Positions 38,062 to 47,885 of a stretch of 64,000 nucleotides of DNA are shown piece by piece (the first letter of the stretch is position 1; every line of letters starts with the position of its first letter). The position numbers and the translations under genes were made by a program. Where the stretch lies: positions 1 through 64,000 of the forward strand of contig CAWDVR010000003.1 of NCBI GenBank assembly GCA_963805975.1, read 5' to 3'. The DNA comes from an uncultured Acidobacteriota bacterium. Its GTDB lineage: Bacteria; Acidobacteriota; Thermoanaerobaculia; Multivoradales; SZUA-115. The notes beneath the pieces were generated by a model. It did no database searches. It saw only the letters and a list, made by a program, of their open reading frames with translations, and was not told the origin of the DNA.

Positions 38062-40227
38062 CTACAGCTTGGCGATCGCCGGGTGCTCGGGGAAGCGCTG
38101 CCTGGCCTCGGCCAGGAGCTGGTCCGCGGCGGTGGTCTCGTCCAGGGCCCGGAGGGTGCGGACCGCGCTCACGAAGACCATCGGGATGGGGTTCCTCGCC
38201 ACCAGTTGGCGCAGGAGCTCGACCGCCTCGCTCGAGCGCTCGGTCGAGGCGTAGAGCAGGGCGAGGCTCGAGGGCGCCAGGAAGTCGCCCGGGAAGAGCT
38301 CGATCTCGCGTTGGAACGCGGCCTCGGCCTCTTCCGGCTTGCCGCTTCTCGCGAGCGTGTCCCCGATCAGGAAGTAGAGGCCCCGCAGGCGGCCTTCGCC
38401 GCCGGTCTGCGCGAGCCCGGCCTCGGCCTGGCGGGCGAGAGCGAGGGCCTTGACGAGGTCGCCGCGCTGGCGGGCCACGCGCCCCTGGACGAACAGCAGG
38501 CCCGGGTCCCGGCGCAGCTTCAGGCCCTCCCCGGCCTGCCGCTCGGCCTCGTCGAGCTTGCCCTCGGCGAGCGCGGCGCGGGCGAGGAGATCGCGGGCCG
38601 CGGCGCCGTCCCAGGCGAGCGCCGGCTCGGCGTGGGCGCGGGCGTCGGCCGGGCGCCCCAGGGAGAGCAGCACTTCGCCGATCGCGAGCGCCAGGTGCGG
38701 CTCGCCGCCCGAGCGCTCGAAAGCCTGCTGGTAGGCGGCGAGCGCCTCGGTGAAGCGGCCCAGCCGCTCGTAGGCGAGCGCCAGGTTCTCCCAGGCGGCG
38801 ATCGAGTGCTCGTTTCTCGCCAGCACCTTCTGGAACGCCTCGACCGCCTTGGCGTAGCGCCGGCTCGCGTTCTCGACGAAGCCGCGCTGGAGCTCGGCGG
38901 CGAGGTCCATCTGCGTCTGCGGCGGCGGCAGCGCACCCTGGTAGGCGCTCCGCGCGCCGCCCACGTAGCCCAGGCTCTCGAGCCTTTGGCGCGACTCGAC
39001 GTCGAACGCTCCCGGCGCCCCGAAGCTCGGTGGGATCATTGCCAGCGCACTGCGCAGCGCCGCGGCGGTTTGTTTCTGCTGGGCGAGCCCCTTCTCTTCG
39101 GCAAGCAAATTCTTCTTCTGCGCCGGGTCGGCGGTGAGGTCGTAGAGCTCCGGGGCCGCGCTGTCGATGTACTGGTAGCGCCGGTCGACGAGCGACCGCA
39201 GCTCGCTCCAGCCGAAGTAGAGGCGCGTGTAATAGGTCTCGGCGTAGATCTGCCGGTCCTCGGCCTGCCGCTCCGCGATCTCGACCAGCGAGCGGCCCTG
39301 CATCTCGGGCGGCACCGGGAGGCCCGCGAGGCCGAGGAAGGTCGGCGCCAGGTCGGCGAGCTGCGCCGGGGTGGCCACCTTGGAGCCGCCGAGCCGGCCG
39401 CCGGGCAGCTTCAGGAGCAGCGGCACCTGGATGGTCGAGCGGTAGAGGAGCACGCCGTGGCCCTCCTCGCCGTGATCGCCCAGGCCGTCGCCGTGGTCGG
39501 AGGTGAGCACCACCGCGGCGCGGTCCCAGAGGCCGAGCCGTCGGAGCTCCGCCACGAGCTGGCCCACGATCTCGTCGGCCGCGGCCACCTCGCCGTCGTA
39601 GGGCAAGGGGTACTTCTTGGCGTGCTTCTCGGGCGGCTGGTAGGGAGAGTGCGGCTCGTAGATGTGGAAGAAGAGGAACAACGGCTTGCCGGCGTTGGCG
39701 CCGAGCCAGGGAAGAGCGGCGGCGAGGGTCTGCTGGCCCGAACGCTCGTAGGAGGTGAGGCTGCCGCCGGCCGTGAAGGGGATCGAGTCCTCGTAGGAGT
39801 CGAAGCCCAGGGCCATGCCCGTGGACTTGCGCAACACGAAAGACGAGACGGCGGCGCCGGTCGCGTAGCCCTGCTGCCGCAGGAGCCTGGGCAGCCAGGG
39901 AAGACGCTCGCCGATCGAGTAGCCCATGTTCGCCCGCACGCCGTGCGCGGTGGGAAGCTGGCCGGAGAGCATCGAAGCATGGGCGGGGAGCGTCATCGGC
40001 GAGTGGGTGTAGGCCGCCGCGAAGAGCACGGCCTCTTTGCGCAAGGCGTCGATCGCCGGCGTTGCGACCTTGGTGTAGCCGTAGGCGGGCAGGTGATCGG
40101 CGCGGAGCGTGTCGATCGAGATCAGGATCAGCGGCGGTTGGTCGGCCGCCGCCGGTGCGCGGGGAAGGGCCGCGAGCAACGCGCAGGAGAGAACGACGAG
40201 GTGGGAAAGGCGGCGTGGCCGGGCCAT
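38062..40227 (-). CDS. Sulfatase-like (alkaline phosphatase superfamily) hydrolase with C-terminal TPRs
   Basis: Signal peptide; LISIDTLRADHL, TLPAHASMLSG, HIYEPHSPY, TSDHGDGLGDHGE; TPR tail. Confidence 0.9.
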   Translation of the reverse strand: MARPRRLSHLVVLSCALLAALPRAPAAADQPPLILISIDTLRADHLPAYGYTKVATPAIDALRKEAVLFAAAYTHSPMTLPAHASMLSGQLPTAHGVRANMGYSIGERLPWLPRLLRQQGYATGAAVSSFVLRKSTGMALGFDSYEDSIPFTAGGSLTSYERSGQQTLAAALPWLGANAGKPLFLFFHIYEPHSPYQPPEKHAKKYPLPYDGEVAAADEIVGQLVAELRRLGLWDRAAVVLTSDHGDGLGDHGEEGHGVLLYRSTIQVPLLLKLPGGRLGGSKVATPAQLADLAPTFLGLAGLPVPPEMQGRSLVEIAERQAEDRQIYAETYYTRLYFGWSELRSLVDRRYQYIDSAAPELYDLTADPAQKKNLLAEEKGLAQQKQTAAALRSALAMIPPSFGAPGAFDVESRQRLESLGYVGGARSAYQGALPPPQTQMDLAAELQRGFVENASRRYAKAVEAFQKVLARNEHSIAAWENLALAYERLGRFTEALAAYQQAFERSGGEPHLALAIGEVLLSLGRPADARAHAEPALAWDGAAARDLLARAALAEGKLDEAERQAGEGLKLRRDPGLLFVQGRVARQRGDLVKALALARQAEAGLAQTGGEGRLRGLYFLIGDTLARSGKPEEAEAAFQREIELFPGDFLAPSSLALLYASTERSSEAVELLRQLVARNPIPMVFVSAVRTLRALDETTAADQLLAEARQRFPEHPAIAKL

Positions 40228-40260
40228 GAGACGCAGATTCTAGCGGAGAGGCCCCACGCC

Positions 40261-42099
40261 TCAGGGCAGTGCGACCACGGTGACGATGCCGCCGGCCGGC
40301 AGCCCCAGGAAGCGCCGGCGGCGGCCGTCCGGCCAGCGGATCGCGAGGCTGCCCGCACTCTTCGCGTCTCCCAGGCCGAAGAGGGCGCGGGGATCGTTCG
40401 CGGAGGAGTAGCTGCCGTCCCGGCGCACCACGCGGAGGAGCGGCTTGCCCGCCCCGGAAGAGAGCTCGAGGCGGGCGCCGATCGCGTCGGCACCGCCCGC
40501 GAGCACCGCCCGCGCCGAGAGCCAGGCGGCCTTCTGGCCCACCTGGTTCACGAGCAGGCGCGCCGGGCCGCTGTTGTTGTTCACCAGCACGTCGGTGTCG
40601 CCGTCGTTGTCCACGTCACCGAAGGCCGCGCCGCGGCCCACCTCGAGACGGGCGAACGCCTCGCCGCCCGCCGCCGTCACCTCCTCGAAGCGCCCGTCCG
40701 GCCGCTGGCGGAAGATCTGGTTGCGCTGCGCCAGCGGGTAGCGGCTGCCGGCCCGCACCTGGGCCTCGATGCGCTGGATCTCGCCGTTGGCGAGGAAGAG
40801 GTCGAGCAGGCCGTCGTTGTCGATGTCCAGCCACTGGGTGCCGAACGCCGTCGAGGCGAGGCTCCCGGCCTTGAGGCCGCTCGCGCGCGAGCCGTCGCGG
40901 AACAGGCCGCCACCCTCGGCCAGGTAGAGCGTGCCGCCCTCGCCCGAGCGGTTGGCCACCAGCAGGTCTTCGTCGCCGTCGCGGTCCACGTCACCGATCG
41001 CGATGCCCATGCTGGCCTCGGGCTGGCCGTCCTCGGAGAGGGCGGCGCCGGAGAGCAGGGCCGCCTCCTCGTAGCGGCCGTCGGGCTGCCGCAGCCACAG
41101 GAAGTTGGCGCCCCCGTCGTTGGCCACGTAGAGGTCGGTGTCGAGGTCACCGTCGAAGTCGCCCGCCACCACTCCCAGGCCGGCACCGGCTTGCGTGGTG
41201 ATGCCGGCGCGGGCCGAGAGATCCTCGAACCGGCCGGCGCCCAGGTTGCGATACAGCCGGTCGGGCTCCGGCTGGTAGGAGAGCGGGCCACAGTAGTCCG
41301 GCGCGCTCGAAGGCGAAAAGCACGGCGCGTGGCGGGCGACGCTGAAGGCCAGGTAGTTGGCGACGTACAGATCCTCGCGGCCGTCGGCGTCGGCGTCGAA
41401 GAAGGTGGCGGCGGCGCTCCAGAAGGGGTCACTCACCCCGGCCGCCTGGGTCGCGTCCGTGAAGGTGCCGTCCCCGCGGTTCACCCACAGCCGGTCGGGG
41501 CCGAAGCCGCCTACGAAGAGATCGGGAAAGCCGTCGCCCTGGACATCGCCCACCGCCACCGACATGCCGTAGCCGCCCTGGTCCAGGCCGCTCGTCTCGG
41601 TCACGTCCACGAAGCGCGGCTCGAGGCGCCCGTCGCCAAGAGCCACGAGGTCGTTGCGGTAGAGCCGGCTCCTCAACGGCCGCATGCGGGCCGGCGGCGG
41701 GAAGACGGCTTCGTCCAGGCTCTTGCCCGGCTCGAGCAGGGCGCCCTGCACCAGGAAGGCGTCCAGGTCGCCGTCGCCGTCGTAGTCGAAGAAGGCCGCG
41801 CCCGAGCCCATGTTCTCGGCGAAGTACAGCCGGCCCGTCATGCCGTTGAAGTGCTCGAAATCGATCCCCAGCTCGGTCGCGCGCTCGAGAAAGAGCGGCT
41901 GCGCGAAGGCCGGTGATGCCAGGACCGAGGCCAGCATCGTGGCCTGGAGCAGAGCACGGCGAGCTGTAGCGAGAGTCCTGCCAGTGTCATCCTGAGCGCA
42001 GCGAAGGATCTGGGTGGGTGGGCGTATCCCTGCGTTTGGGAGCACCCGCCCCCATCCAGATCCTTCGCTGCGCTCAGGATGACACTCGAGCGAGCTCAC
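40261..42099 (-). CDS. CRTAC1-family FG-GAP/ASPIC-UnbV protein (start GTG 42099 or ATG 41937)
   Basis: Repeated DYDGDGDLD, DFDGDLDTDLYVAND and DVDNDGDTDVLV; C-terminal DAIGARL...FGLG...IRWPDG. Confidence 0.9.
   Translation of the reverse strand: MSSLECHPERSEGSGWGRVLPNAGIRPPTQILRCAQDDTGRTLATARRALLQATMLASVLASPAFAQPLFLERATELGIDFEHFNGMTGRLYFAENMGSGAAFFDYDGDGDLDAFLVQGALLEPGKSLDEAVFPPPARMRPLRSRLYRNDLVALGDGRLEPRFVDVTETSGLDQGGYGMSVAVGDVQGDGFPDLFVGGFGPDRLWVNRGDGTFTDATQAAGVSDPFWSAAATFFDADADGREDLYVANYLAFSVARHAPCFSPSSAPDYCGPLSYQPEPDRLYRNLGAGRFEDLSARAGITTQAGAGLGVVAGDFDGDLDTDLYVANDGGANFLWLRQPDGRYEEAALLSGAALSEDGQPEASMGIAIGDVDRDGDEDLLVANRSGEGGTLYLAEGGGLFRDGSRASGLKAGSLASTAFGTQWLDIDNDGLLDLFLANGEIQRIEAQVRAGSRYPLAQRNQIFRQRPDGRFEEVTAAGGEAFARLEVGRGAAFGDVDNDGDTDVLVNNNSGPARLLVNQVGQKAAWLSARAVLAGGADAIGARLELSSGAGKPLLRVVRRDGSYSSANDPRALFGLGDAKSAGSLAIRWPDGRRRRFLGLPAGGIVTVVALP
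41983..42086. repeat. REP doublet (REPIN-like), 31-bp perfect inverted repeats
   Basis: agtgtcatcctgagcgcagcgaaggatctgg (41983-42013) and its reverse complement (42056-42086). Confidence 0.85.
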
Positions 42100-43703
42100 G
42101 GGTTGGCCGGCTCCAGCCACGGCGAGCGGCAGGGCTGCTTCGCGACGTAGAGGTCGAGCCGCTTGCCGGCGCGCGCGAGGATCGGTGCCGCCGCCCCGGT
42201 GCGGGTGAGCTGCGCCACCACGGTGCGCTGCAGCTCGACGGCGTCGTCGAAGCGGCCGTTCTCCGCGAAGGCCATGGCCAGGGTCTCGCCGTGCTCGGGC
42301 ACGGGCTGGGCGGAGAAAACCTGGATCGCGAGCGTCAGGGCGCGCGCCCCGTCCCGCAGCCCGGGGTCCGAGGCGGTGGCGAGGAAGCGCGCCGCGAGAT
42401 GCGCGACCTCGCCTTCCTCCGGCAGGGCCGCCAGGCTCTCTGCGAGCGCCTGGCCTGCTTTCCTCTCGTCGCCGGTGCGGAGCAAGGCCCGGGCCCGCGC
42501 CAGGTGCAGGATCGCCGAGCTCGGCGCGAGCTTCACGGCCCGGTCGTAGGTTTCCGCGGCCTCCGCAAAGCGGCCTTCCTTGGCGAGCAGCGTGCCGTAG
42601 GCGGCCTGCACGTTGGCGAGCTCCGGGGAGAGCTCGACCGCGCGTTCCAGATGCGTCCTCGCCTCGGCCGTCGCACCCTGGCCGAGCAGGAGCTCGCCCA
42701 GCTCCGCGTGCGCGACGCCGAGCGCGGGATCGCCGGCCAGAGCCTCACGATAAGCCGCCTTGGCGCCTTCGAGGTCGCCTTGCCTGGCGAGCACGCGGCC
42801 GAGGCCCAGGAGCGCCTGCGGATTGCCGGCGTCGGCCTGGAGCGCGGCGCGGTACTCCGTCACCGCCTCGTCGAGCTTGCCGCCGACGAGTGCCCGGCTG
42901 GCCCTTTCGAGGTGGATCAAGGCACCGCGGCGTGCGCTCTCGAGCTGGCGCACCAGAGGATCGGCGAAGGAAACCGGGACGTCGCCGCGCAGCTCGAGCT
43001 GACGCTTCGCCTCCTCGGTCCTGCCAAGCTGGCGCAGAGCGAGCGCCAAGGGGTAGTGAACGGCCGAGGCGTTGGGAGCCAGCGCCAGCGCCGCCTGGAA
43101 GTGCTCGACCGCCACCTCGGCCTCCTGGCGCGCCGCCTCGATCCGCCCCAGGCCGAAGCGCGCCGCGGCCTCCGTGCCCTTGGCGCCGAGCGCCCGCCGG
43201 AACGCGGCCTCGGCCGCCGCGACGCGGTTTCTCGCCAGCTCCACCTCGCCCATGCGCACCGAGGCGGCGGCGTACGAGGCGTCGATGGCGAGAGCGCTGG
43301 CGAACGCCCCGGCCGCCGGCGCCAGCTCCCCGGCCTCCTGGCGAGTGACCCCCAGCATGTAGGGCCACCGGAAGTCCTTCGGGGCGAGGAGCGCAGCATT
43401 GGCGAAGCAGGCGCCCGCGGCGTCGTGCAGCCGGTAGAGCAGGTACACGCTGCCGGCCTCGCCGAACGCCGCGGCCAGCGCTGCGGGATCCCTCCGCTGG
43501 CCGGCGAGCGCCTGCTCGAGCCCCGCCGCCACGGCCGTCATCTGTTCGCGCACCGCGGGCTCCAGATCCTCGAGCGCCGGGTACGGCACGCTGGCGAGGG
43601 CGGTGGGCGAAGCCGCGGGATCGGTCCGGGTGGCGGCGGCCGGCGGCGAGAGGACGAGAGTGCCGAGCAGTAGAAGTGCCGAGGCTGCGTGCTTCGAATT
43701 CAT
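42096..43703 (-). CDS. Exported tetratricopeptide repeat protein
   Basis: Signal peptide; many TPR units (ALAIDASY, ALALAPNA, AVELSPEL). Confidence 0.88.
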   Translation of the reverse strand: MNSKHAASALLLLGTLVLSPPAAATRTDPAASPTALASVPYPALEDLEPAVREQMTAVAAGLEQALAGQRRDPAALAAAFGEAGSVYLLYRLHDAAGACFANAALLAPKDFRWPYMLGVTRQEAGELAPAAGAFASALAIDASYAAASVRMGEVELARNRVAAAEAAFRRALGAKGTEAAARFGLGRIEAARQEAEVAVEHFQAALALAPNASAVHYPLALALRQLGRTEEAKRQLELRGDVPVSFADPLVRQLESARRGALIHLERASRALVGGKLDEAVTEYRAALQADAGNPQALLGLGRVLARQGDLEGAKAAYREALAGDPALGVAHAELGELLLGQGATAEARTHLERAVELSPELANVQAAYGTLLAKEGRFAEAAETYDRAVKLAPSSAILHLARARALLRTGDERKAGQALAESLAALPEEGEVAHLAARFLATASDPGLRDGARALTLAIQVFSAQPVPEHGETLAMAFAENGRFDDAVELQRTVVAQLTRTGAAAPILARAGKRLDLYVAKQPCRSPWLEPANP

Positions 43704-43728
43704 GCGGGGATGCTAGCAGGCGGGCCGC

Positions 43729-45054
43729 TCAGGCAAGTTCGCCGCGCTCCCGCCACCTTCCGCCCACCGCGGTCGAGGCGATCACCTCCTCGGCACAGCC
43801 GAAGCAGAGGGCGGCTGGGAGGGCGGCGGGGGTGGTGCCCGCGAGGGTCGGCGCGTCGAGGTCGAGGGCCACGAGGTCGGCCCAGAGGCCGGGCGCGATC
43901 TCGCCGGCGGGCAGGCCCAGGGCCCGGGCGCCGGCCTTGGTGGCGGCGGTGAGCAAAGGCACGGCGACGCTCCCGGCGCGGTCGCGGAGCACGCCGCGGC
44001 GCTCGCGCTCCAGGCGCTGCGCGTACTCGAGCCAGCGCAGCTCTTCGAGCATCGAGATGCGGGCGTTCGAGTCGCTCCCCAGGCACATCGAGCCGCCGGC
44101 CGCCGCGACCGCCGGCAGGTCCGCGACGCCGTCGCCCAGGTTGGCCTCGGTCAGCGGACAGAGGCAGACGTTGCCGCCCGCGGCGAGGAAGCGCGACATG
44201 TCCTCGGGCGCCGTATGGGTGCAGTGGACGGCGGTGAAGGCGGGCGAGAGGTCGAGGAAGTCGGCGAGGATCGCCATCGGCCGTGCGCTGTAGGCGGCCA
44301 GGCAGTCGTCGATCTCCCGTGGCTGCTCCTCGACGTGCATGTGGAACACGAGGTCCCGCCGCCGCGCCTCGGCATGGAGCTCGGCGATCTCCTCCGGTGT
44401 CGCGGCGCGCAGGCTGTGGGCCACGGCGCCGAGCGTTTGCAGCGCCGGGTCGAGCTGGCCGGCGAGGCGGTCCATCTGCTGCCAGTAGGCGTCGAGGCCG
44501 GCGGTCTCGAAACGCTTCTGGGCGGCGGCGAGCGGCTGGCCGATGCCGCCCGTGCGGTAGTAGGCCTCGAGCAGCACGAGCCGGATGCCGGCCTCGGCAG
44601 CGGCGGCCAGCACCTGCTCGTCGAGCGCGAAGTCGTGGCCCGCGGCATGGTGCAGGTAGTGGAACTCGCCCACCGCCGTGATACCGGCGGCGCGCATCTC
44701 GAGGAAGGCCTGCCGGCAAAGGCGGAAGAAGGCCGCCGGGTCGAGGCCCCCGGCGAGCGCATACATGGCCTCGCGCCAGGTCCAGAAGTCGCCGGCACCG
44801 CCGGGGAAGCTCTCGCCCAGGCCGCGCAAGCCGCGCTGGAAGGCGTGGGAGTGGGCGTTGACGAAGCCGGGCAGCAGCGCCCGCCGCGGCAGCGGCACGG
44901 TGACGGGCAGGCCGAGCGCTCCCACGGCGCGGATGCGCCCGGCCTCGTCCACCGCCACCTGCACATCAGGCACGAAGCCCTCGCCGGTCCAGGTCAGCTC
45001 GGCGGCGATCACCTGCCGCGCTTTGAAGGCGGCATCTTGCGGGTCGGTCGGCAT
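43729..45054 (-). CDS. hutF: Formimidoylglutamate deiminase (amidohydrolase superfamily)
   Basis: VNAHSHAFQRGLRG, DFWTWREAMY, GEFHYLHH, HSLRA, HVEEQ, CPLTEANLGDG, GSDS. Confidence 0.85.
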   Translation of the reverse strand: MPTDPQDAAFKARQVIAAELTWTGEGFVPDVQVAVDEAGRIRAVGALGLPVTVPLPRRALLPGFVNAHSHAFQRGLRGLGESFPGGAGDFWTWREAMYALAGGLDPAAFFRLCRQAFLEMRAAGITAVGEFHYLHHAAGHDFALDEQVLAAAAEAGIRLVLLEAYYRTGGIGQPLAAAQKRFETAGLDAYWQQMDRLAGQLDPALQTLGAVAHSLRAATPEEIAELHAEARRRDLVFHMHVEEQPREIDDCLAAYSARPMAILADFLDLSPAFTAVHCTHTAPEDMSRFLAAGGNVCLCPLTEANLGDGVADLPAVAAAGGSMCLGSDSNARISMLEELRWLEYAQRLERERRGVLRDRAGSVAVPLLTAATKAGARALGLPAGEIAPGLWADLVALDLDAPTLAGTTPAALPAALCFGCAEEVIASTAVGGRWRERGELA

Positions 45055-45063
45055 GAGATCTCG

Positions 45064-46230
45064 CTAGGCGGCGCGGCAGAAGCGATCGACGAGGCTGTCC
45101 ACCGCCTCGCGCGCGGCGAAGAATTCCGTCTTGGGCATCCACTCGTCGGGCTTGTGCGCCACCTCGATGGTGCCCGGCCCGAAGATGACGCAGTCGAGGC
45201 CCAGGCGGCTGAGCCAACCGGCGTCCGTGCCGTAGGAGGCGGCGACCGTTTCGTGCTGGCCGGTGAGCTCGCAGACCGCGCGGTAGACCGGCGCGTCCTC
45301 GGCGAGCAGCATCGGCGGCGTGTCGTTGAAGAGCGCCACCTCGTAGCGGCCTGCCGGCGCGACGCCGGCAACGGCCGCGCGCACGCGGGCCGCGAGCGCC
45401 TCGGAATCCATCTCGGGCAGCGGGCGCAGGCCGAGGTCCACGGTGCAGCGGTCGGGGACGACGTTGATCGCCGTTCCGCCTTCGATCCTGGCCACGTTCA
45501 GGGCCACGAACGGGGTCTCGGTGAAGTGCTCGCCGTGGCGCGGGCGCTCGCTCTCGAGCTCGCGGCGCAGGGCCGAGAGCGCCGCCACCACCTCCGCGGC
45601 CGGCTCGATGGCGTTGACGCCCAGGTGCGGATAGCCGCTGTGCGCGCTCTTGCCGTGCACGGTGACCCGCATCTTCAGGTGGCCCTTGTGCAGGCGCACG
45701 GCCTGAAGCGAGGTCGGCTCGCCGATCACGGCGTTTCGTGGCAGCAGGTGCTCGGCCGGCCAGGTGTCCACCAGTCGCCTCGCCCCCAGGCAGCCCAGCT
45801 CCTCGTCATAGGTGAGGACGAGGACGAGCGGAGCGGCCAGTGCTGTCGCCTCGCTCCCTTCGACGTTCCGCGCCGCCGCGTTGACCGCGAGCGCCAGGAA
45901 GCCCTTCATGTCCGCGGTACCGCGCCCGAGCCAGCGGTCGCCGCCGTCGGTGAGCGTGAACGGGTCGCTCTCCCAGCCCTCGCCGGCGGGCACCACGTCC
46001 ATGTGGGCCGAGAGCACGAGACCCCATCGCTCTTCCGTAGTCTCCGGCCCGAGCTCGACCACCAGGTTGGTCTTGCTGCCGTCCTCCGAGGGGTTGCGCG
46101 TGATCCGCACCCCCGGCCGATCGAGGTAGTCGCAGAGGAAGTCGACGACGGGCAGGTTCGAGAGCCGGCTGGTGGTGTCGAAGGAGACGAGGCGGGCGAA
46201 GAGATCGGGGTCGGGGAGGAGGGCGGCCAC
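45064..46230 (-). CDS. argE: Acetylornithine deacetylase-like M20 hydrolase
   Basis: LVSFDTTSRLSN, SAHMDVVP, GRGTADMKGF, YDEELGCLG, IGEPT, AHKPDE. Confidence 0.85.
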   Translation of the reverse strand: MAALLPDPDLFARLVSFDTTSRLSNLPVVDFLCDYLDRPGVRITRNPSEDGSKTNLVVELGPETTEERWGLVLSAHMDVVPAGEGWESDPFTLTDGGDRWLGRGTADMKGFLALAVNAAARNVEGSEATALAAPLVLVLTYDEELGCLGARRLVDTWPAEHLLPRNAVIGEPTSLQAVRLHKGHLKMRVTVHGKSAHSGYPHLGVNAIEPAAEVVAALSALRRELESERPRHGEHFTETPFVALNVARIEGGTAINVVPDRCTVDLGLRPLPEMDSEALAARVRAAVAGVAPAGRYEVALFNDTPPMLLAEDAPVYRAVCELTGQHETVAASYGTDAGWLSRLGLDCVIFGPGTIEVAHKPDEWMPKTEFFAAREAVDSLVDRFCRAA

Positions 46231-46295
46231 GCCTGAACGATAGTGCCGCCGGCGCAGCGGTGCAACCGACCGAGGCGAGCGCCTAGAATGCCCCC

Positions 46296-47183
46296 ATGCC
46301 CACCCACCCCTTCCACGTCCTCGATGTCTTCGCCGAGGAGAAGTACGCCGGCAATCAGCTGGCCGTGTTCCTGGACGCGGGCTCGATCCCTGCCGAGACC
46401 ATGCAGAAGCTGGCGCGGGAGACGAATTTCTCGGAGACCACGTTCGTGCTCTCCGGCGAGCCCAGGGACGGCGGCTACGACGTGCGCATCTTCACCCCGT
46501 CCGCGGAGCTGCCGTTTGCAGGGCACCCGACGCTCGGCACCGCCTGGGTGATCCAGCGCGAGCTCCTGGGCGGCCTGGGCGACCGCGTGGCGCTCAACCT
46601 GAAGGTGGGGCAGATCCCGGTCACCTTCGAGCGCGAGGAGCCCGGCGAGCCCGTGCTCTGGATGCGCCAGAACCCGCCGCGTTTCGGCAAGCGGGTGCCG
46701 CACGCGGCGGCGGCCGAGGCGATCGGCCTCGACGTGGCGGACCTCGACGAGCGCCTGCCCGTGGAGGAGGTCTCGACCGGCCTCCCGGGGCTGATCGTCC
46801 CGGTGCGCAGCCTCGAGGCGCTGCAGCGGAGCCGTCCCGACTCGGCCGTCCTCCGCCGGCTGATGGCGGGCCTCCAAGCCGACATGGTGCTGCTCTTCTG
46901 CCAGGAGGCGAGGGAGGCGGGAAACCACCTCGCGGCGCGCGTCTACGCCGAGCTCTGCGGCATCCAGGAGGACCCGGCCACCGGCAGTGCCTGCGGAGAT
47001 CTCGCCGGCTACCTCGTGCAGCACCGGGTGCGCGGCGGCGAGTCGATCGACCTGCGCGTGGAGCAGGGTTACGAGATCGGCCGGCCGTCGCTGCTGCGTC
47101 TGCGGGCTCGGGCCGCGGGCGGCGAGATCGAGATCCACGTCGGCGGGCGGGTGTTCCAAACGATGCGCGGTGAGCTTTTGTAG
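46296..47183 (+). CDS. PhzF-family epimerase/isomerase
   Basis: DVFAEEKYAGNQLAV, NFSETTF, RIFTPSAELPFAGHPTLG, EDPATGSA, EQGYEIGRPS. Confidence 0.92.
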   Translation: MPTHPFHVLDVFAEEKYAGNQLAVFLDAGSIPAETMQKLARETNFSETTFVLSGEPRDGGYDVRIFTPSAELPFAGHPTLGTAWVIQRELLGGLGDRVALNLKVGQIPVTFEREEPGEPVLWMRQNPPRFGKRVPHAAAAEAIGLDVADLDERLPVEEVSTGLPGLIVPVRSLEALQRSRPDSAVLRRLMAGLQADMVLLFCQEAREAGNHLAARVYAELCGIQEDPATGSACGDLAGYLVQHRVRGGESIDLRVEQGYEIGRPSLLRLRARAAGGEIEIHVGGRVFQTMRGELL

Positions 47184-47209
47184 GGGCGACCGGCGGTCGC
47201 CCTCTCCCG

Positions 47210-47776
47210 CTACCGGTGCCCGAACTTCTCCGCCATCCTGCGGTTGAATTCCGCGCTCCCTCCGCGCGGCACGGAGAGCGTCTTCCACGCGTCGCCCGCG
47301 TAGTAGCGCGCCAGGGTCACGATCTGCCCCACGTGATACGCCGTGTGCGCGAGCTGGCGGTGGATGGCGTCCATCACCCCGTGCGGCTCGCCGCGGATGG
47401 TCACCGTCCTGGCGAGATCCTCGGGTTGGAGCGCGGCGAGCGTCGCCTCCAGGTGCCCCCACCCCTTCTCCCACAGCGCCATCACCTCTTCGCGCCGGGT
47501 GCCCGGCGGGACCTCGAACTCGGAGTCGCGGTCGCGGTCCGGTTTCTCGCCGTCGCTGGTCAGGAAGTCCTGCCAGCGCGAGCGCAGATTGCCGCCCAGG
47601 TGCTTGACCAGCACGGCGAGCGAGTTGACGTCGGCGCCGAGGGCCGCGAAGAACTGCGTCTCGTCCACCTGCGCGAGCGCGCCTTCGGCGAGGCGCCGGT
47701 GCGTTGCGGCTTCGCGACGGACGCTCGCGAGAAAGGTCGTACCCAGGTCTGCGTCGGTCGTCTGAGAGTCGGTCAT
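47210..47776 (-). CDS. DinB/DUF1572-family protein
   Basis: NSLAVLVKHLGGNLRSRWQDFLTSDGEKPDRDRDSEF; HTAYHVGQI. Confidence 0.85.
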   Translation of the reverse strand: MTDSQTTDADLGTTFLASVRREAATHRRLAEGALAQVDETQFFAALGADVNSLAVLVKHLGGNLRSRWQDFLTSDGEKPDRDRDSEFEVPPGTRREEVMALWEKGWGHLEATLAALQPEDLARTVTIRGEPHGVMDAIHRQLAHTAYHVGQIVTLARYYAGDAWKTLSVPRGGSAEFNRRMAEKFGHR

Positions 47777-47870
47777 CCAATCCTCCCCGCCAGTGCGTGG
47801 CGACAAAAGACTATCGAAAATCTCTCCAATTACCCCGCCTGCCCGCCTCGGCCCGCGAGCCCTGCGGATC

Positions 47871-47879
47871 TGCTATAAC
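47871..47879 (+). promoter_or_regulatory. Extended -10 element TGCTATAAC, probably giving a leaderless transcript
   Basis: TGnTATAAC ends 6 bp before ATG 47886; no Shine-Dalgarno sequence. Confidence 0.5.
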
Positions 47880-47885
47880 CGCCTC

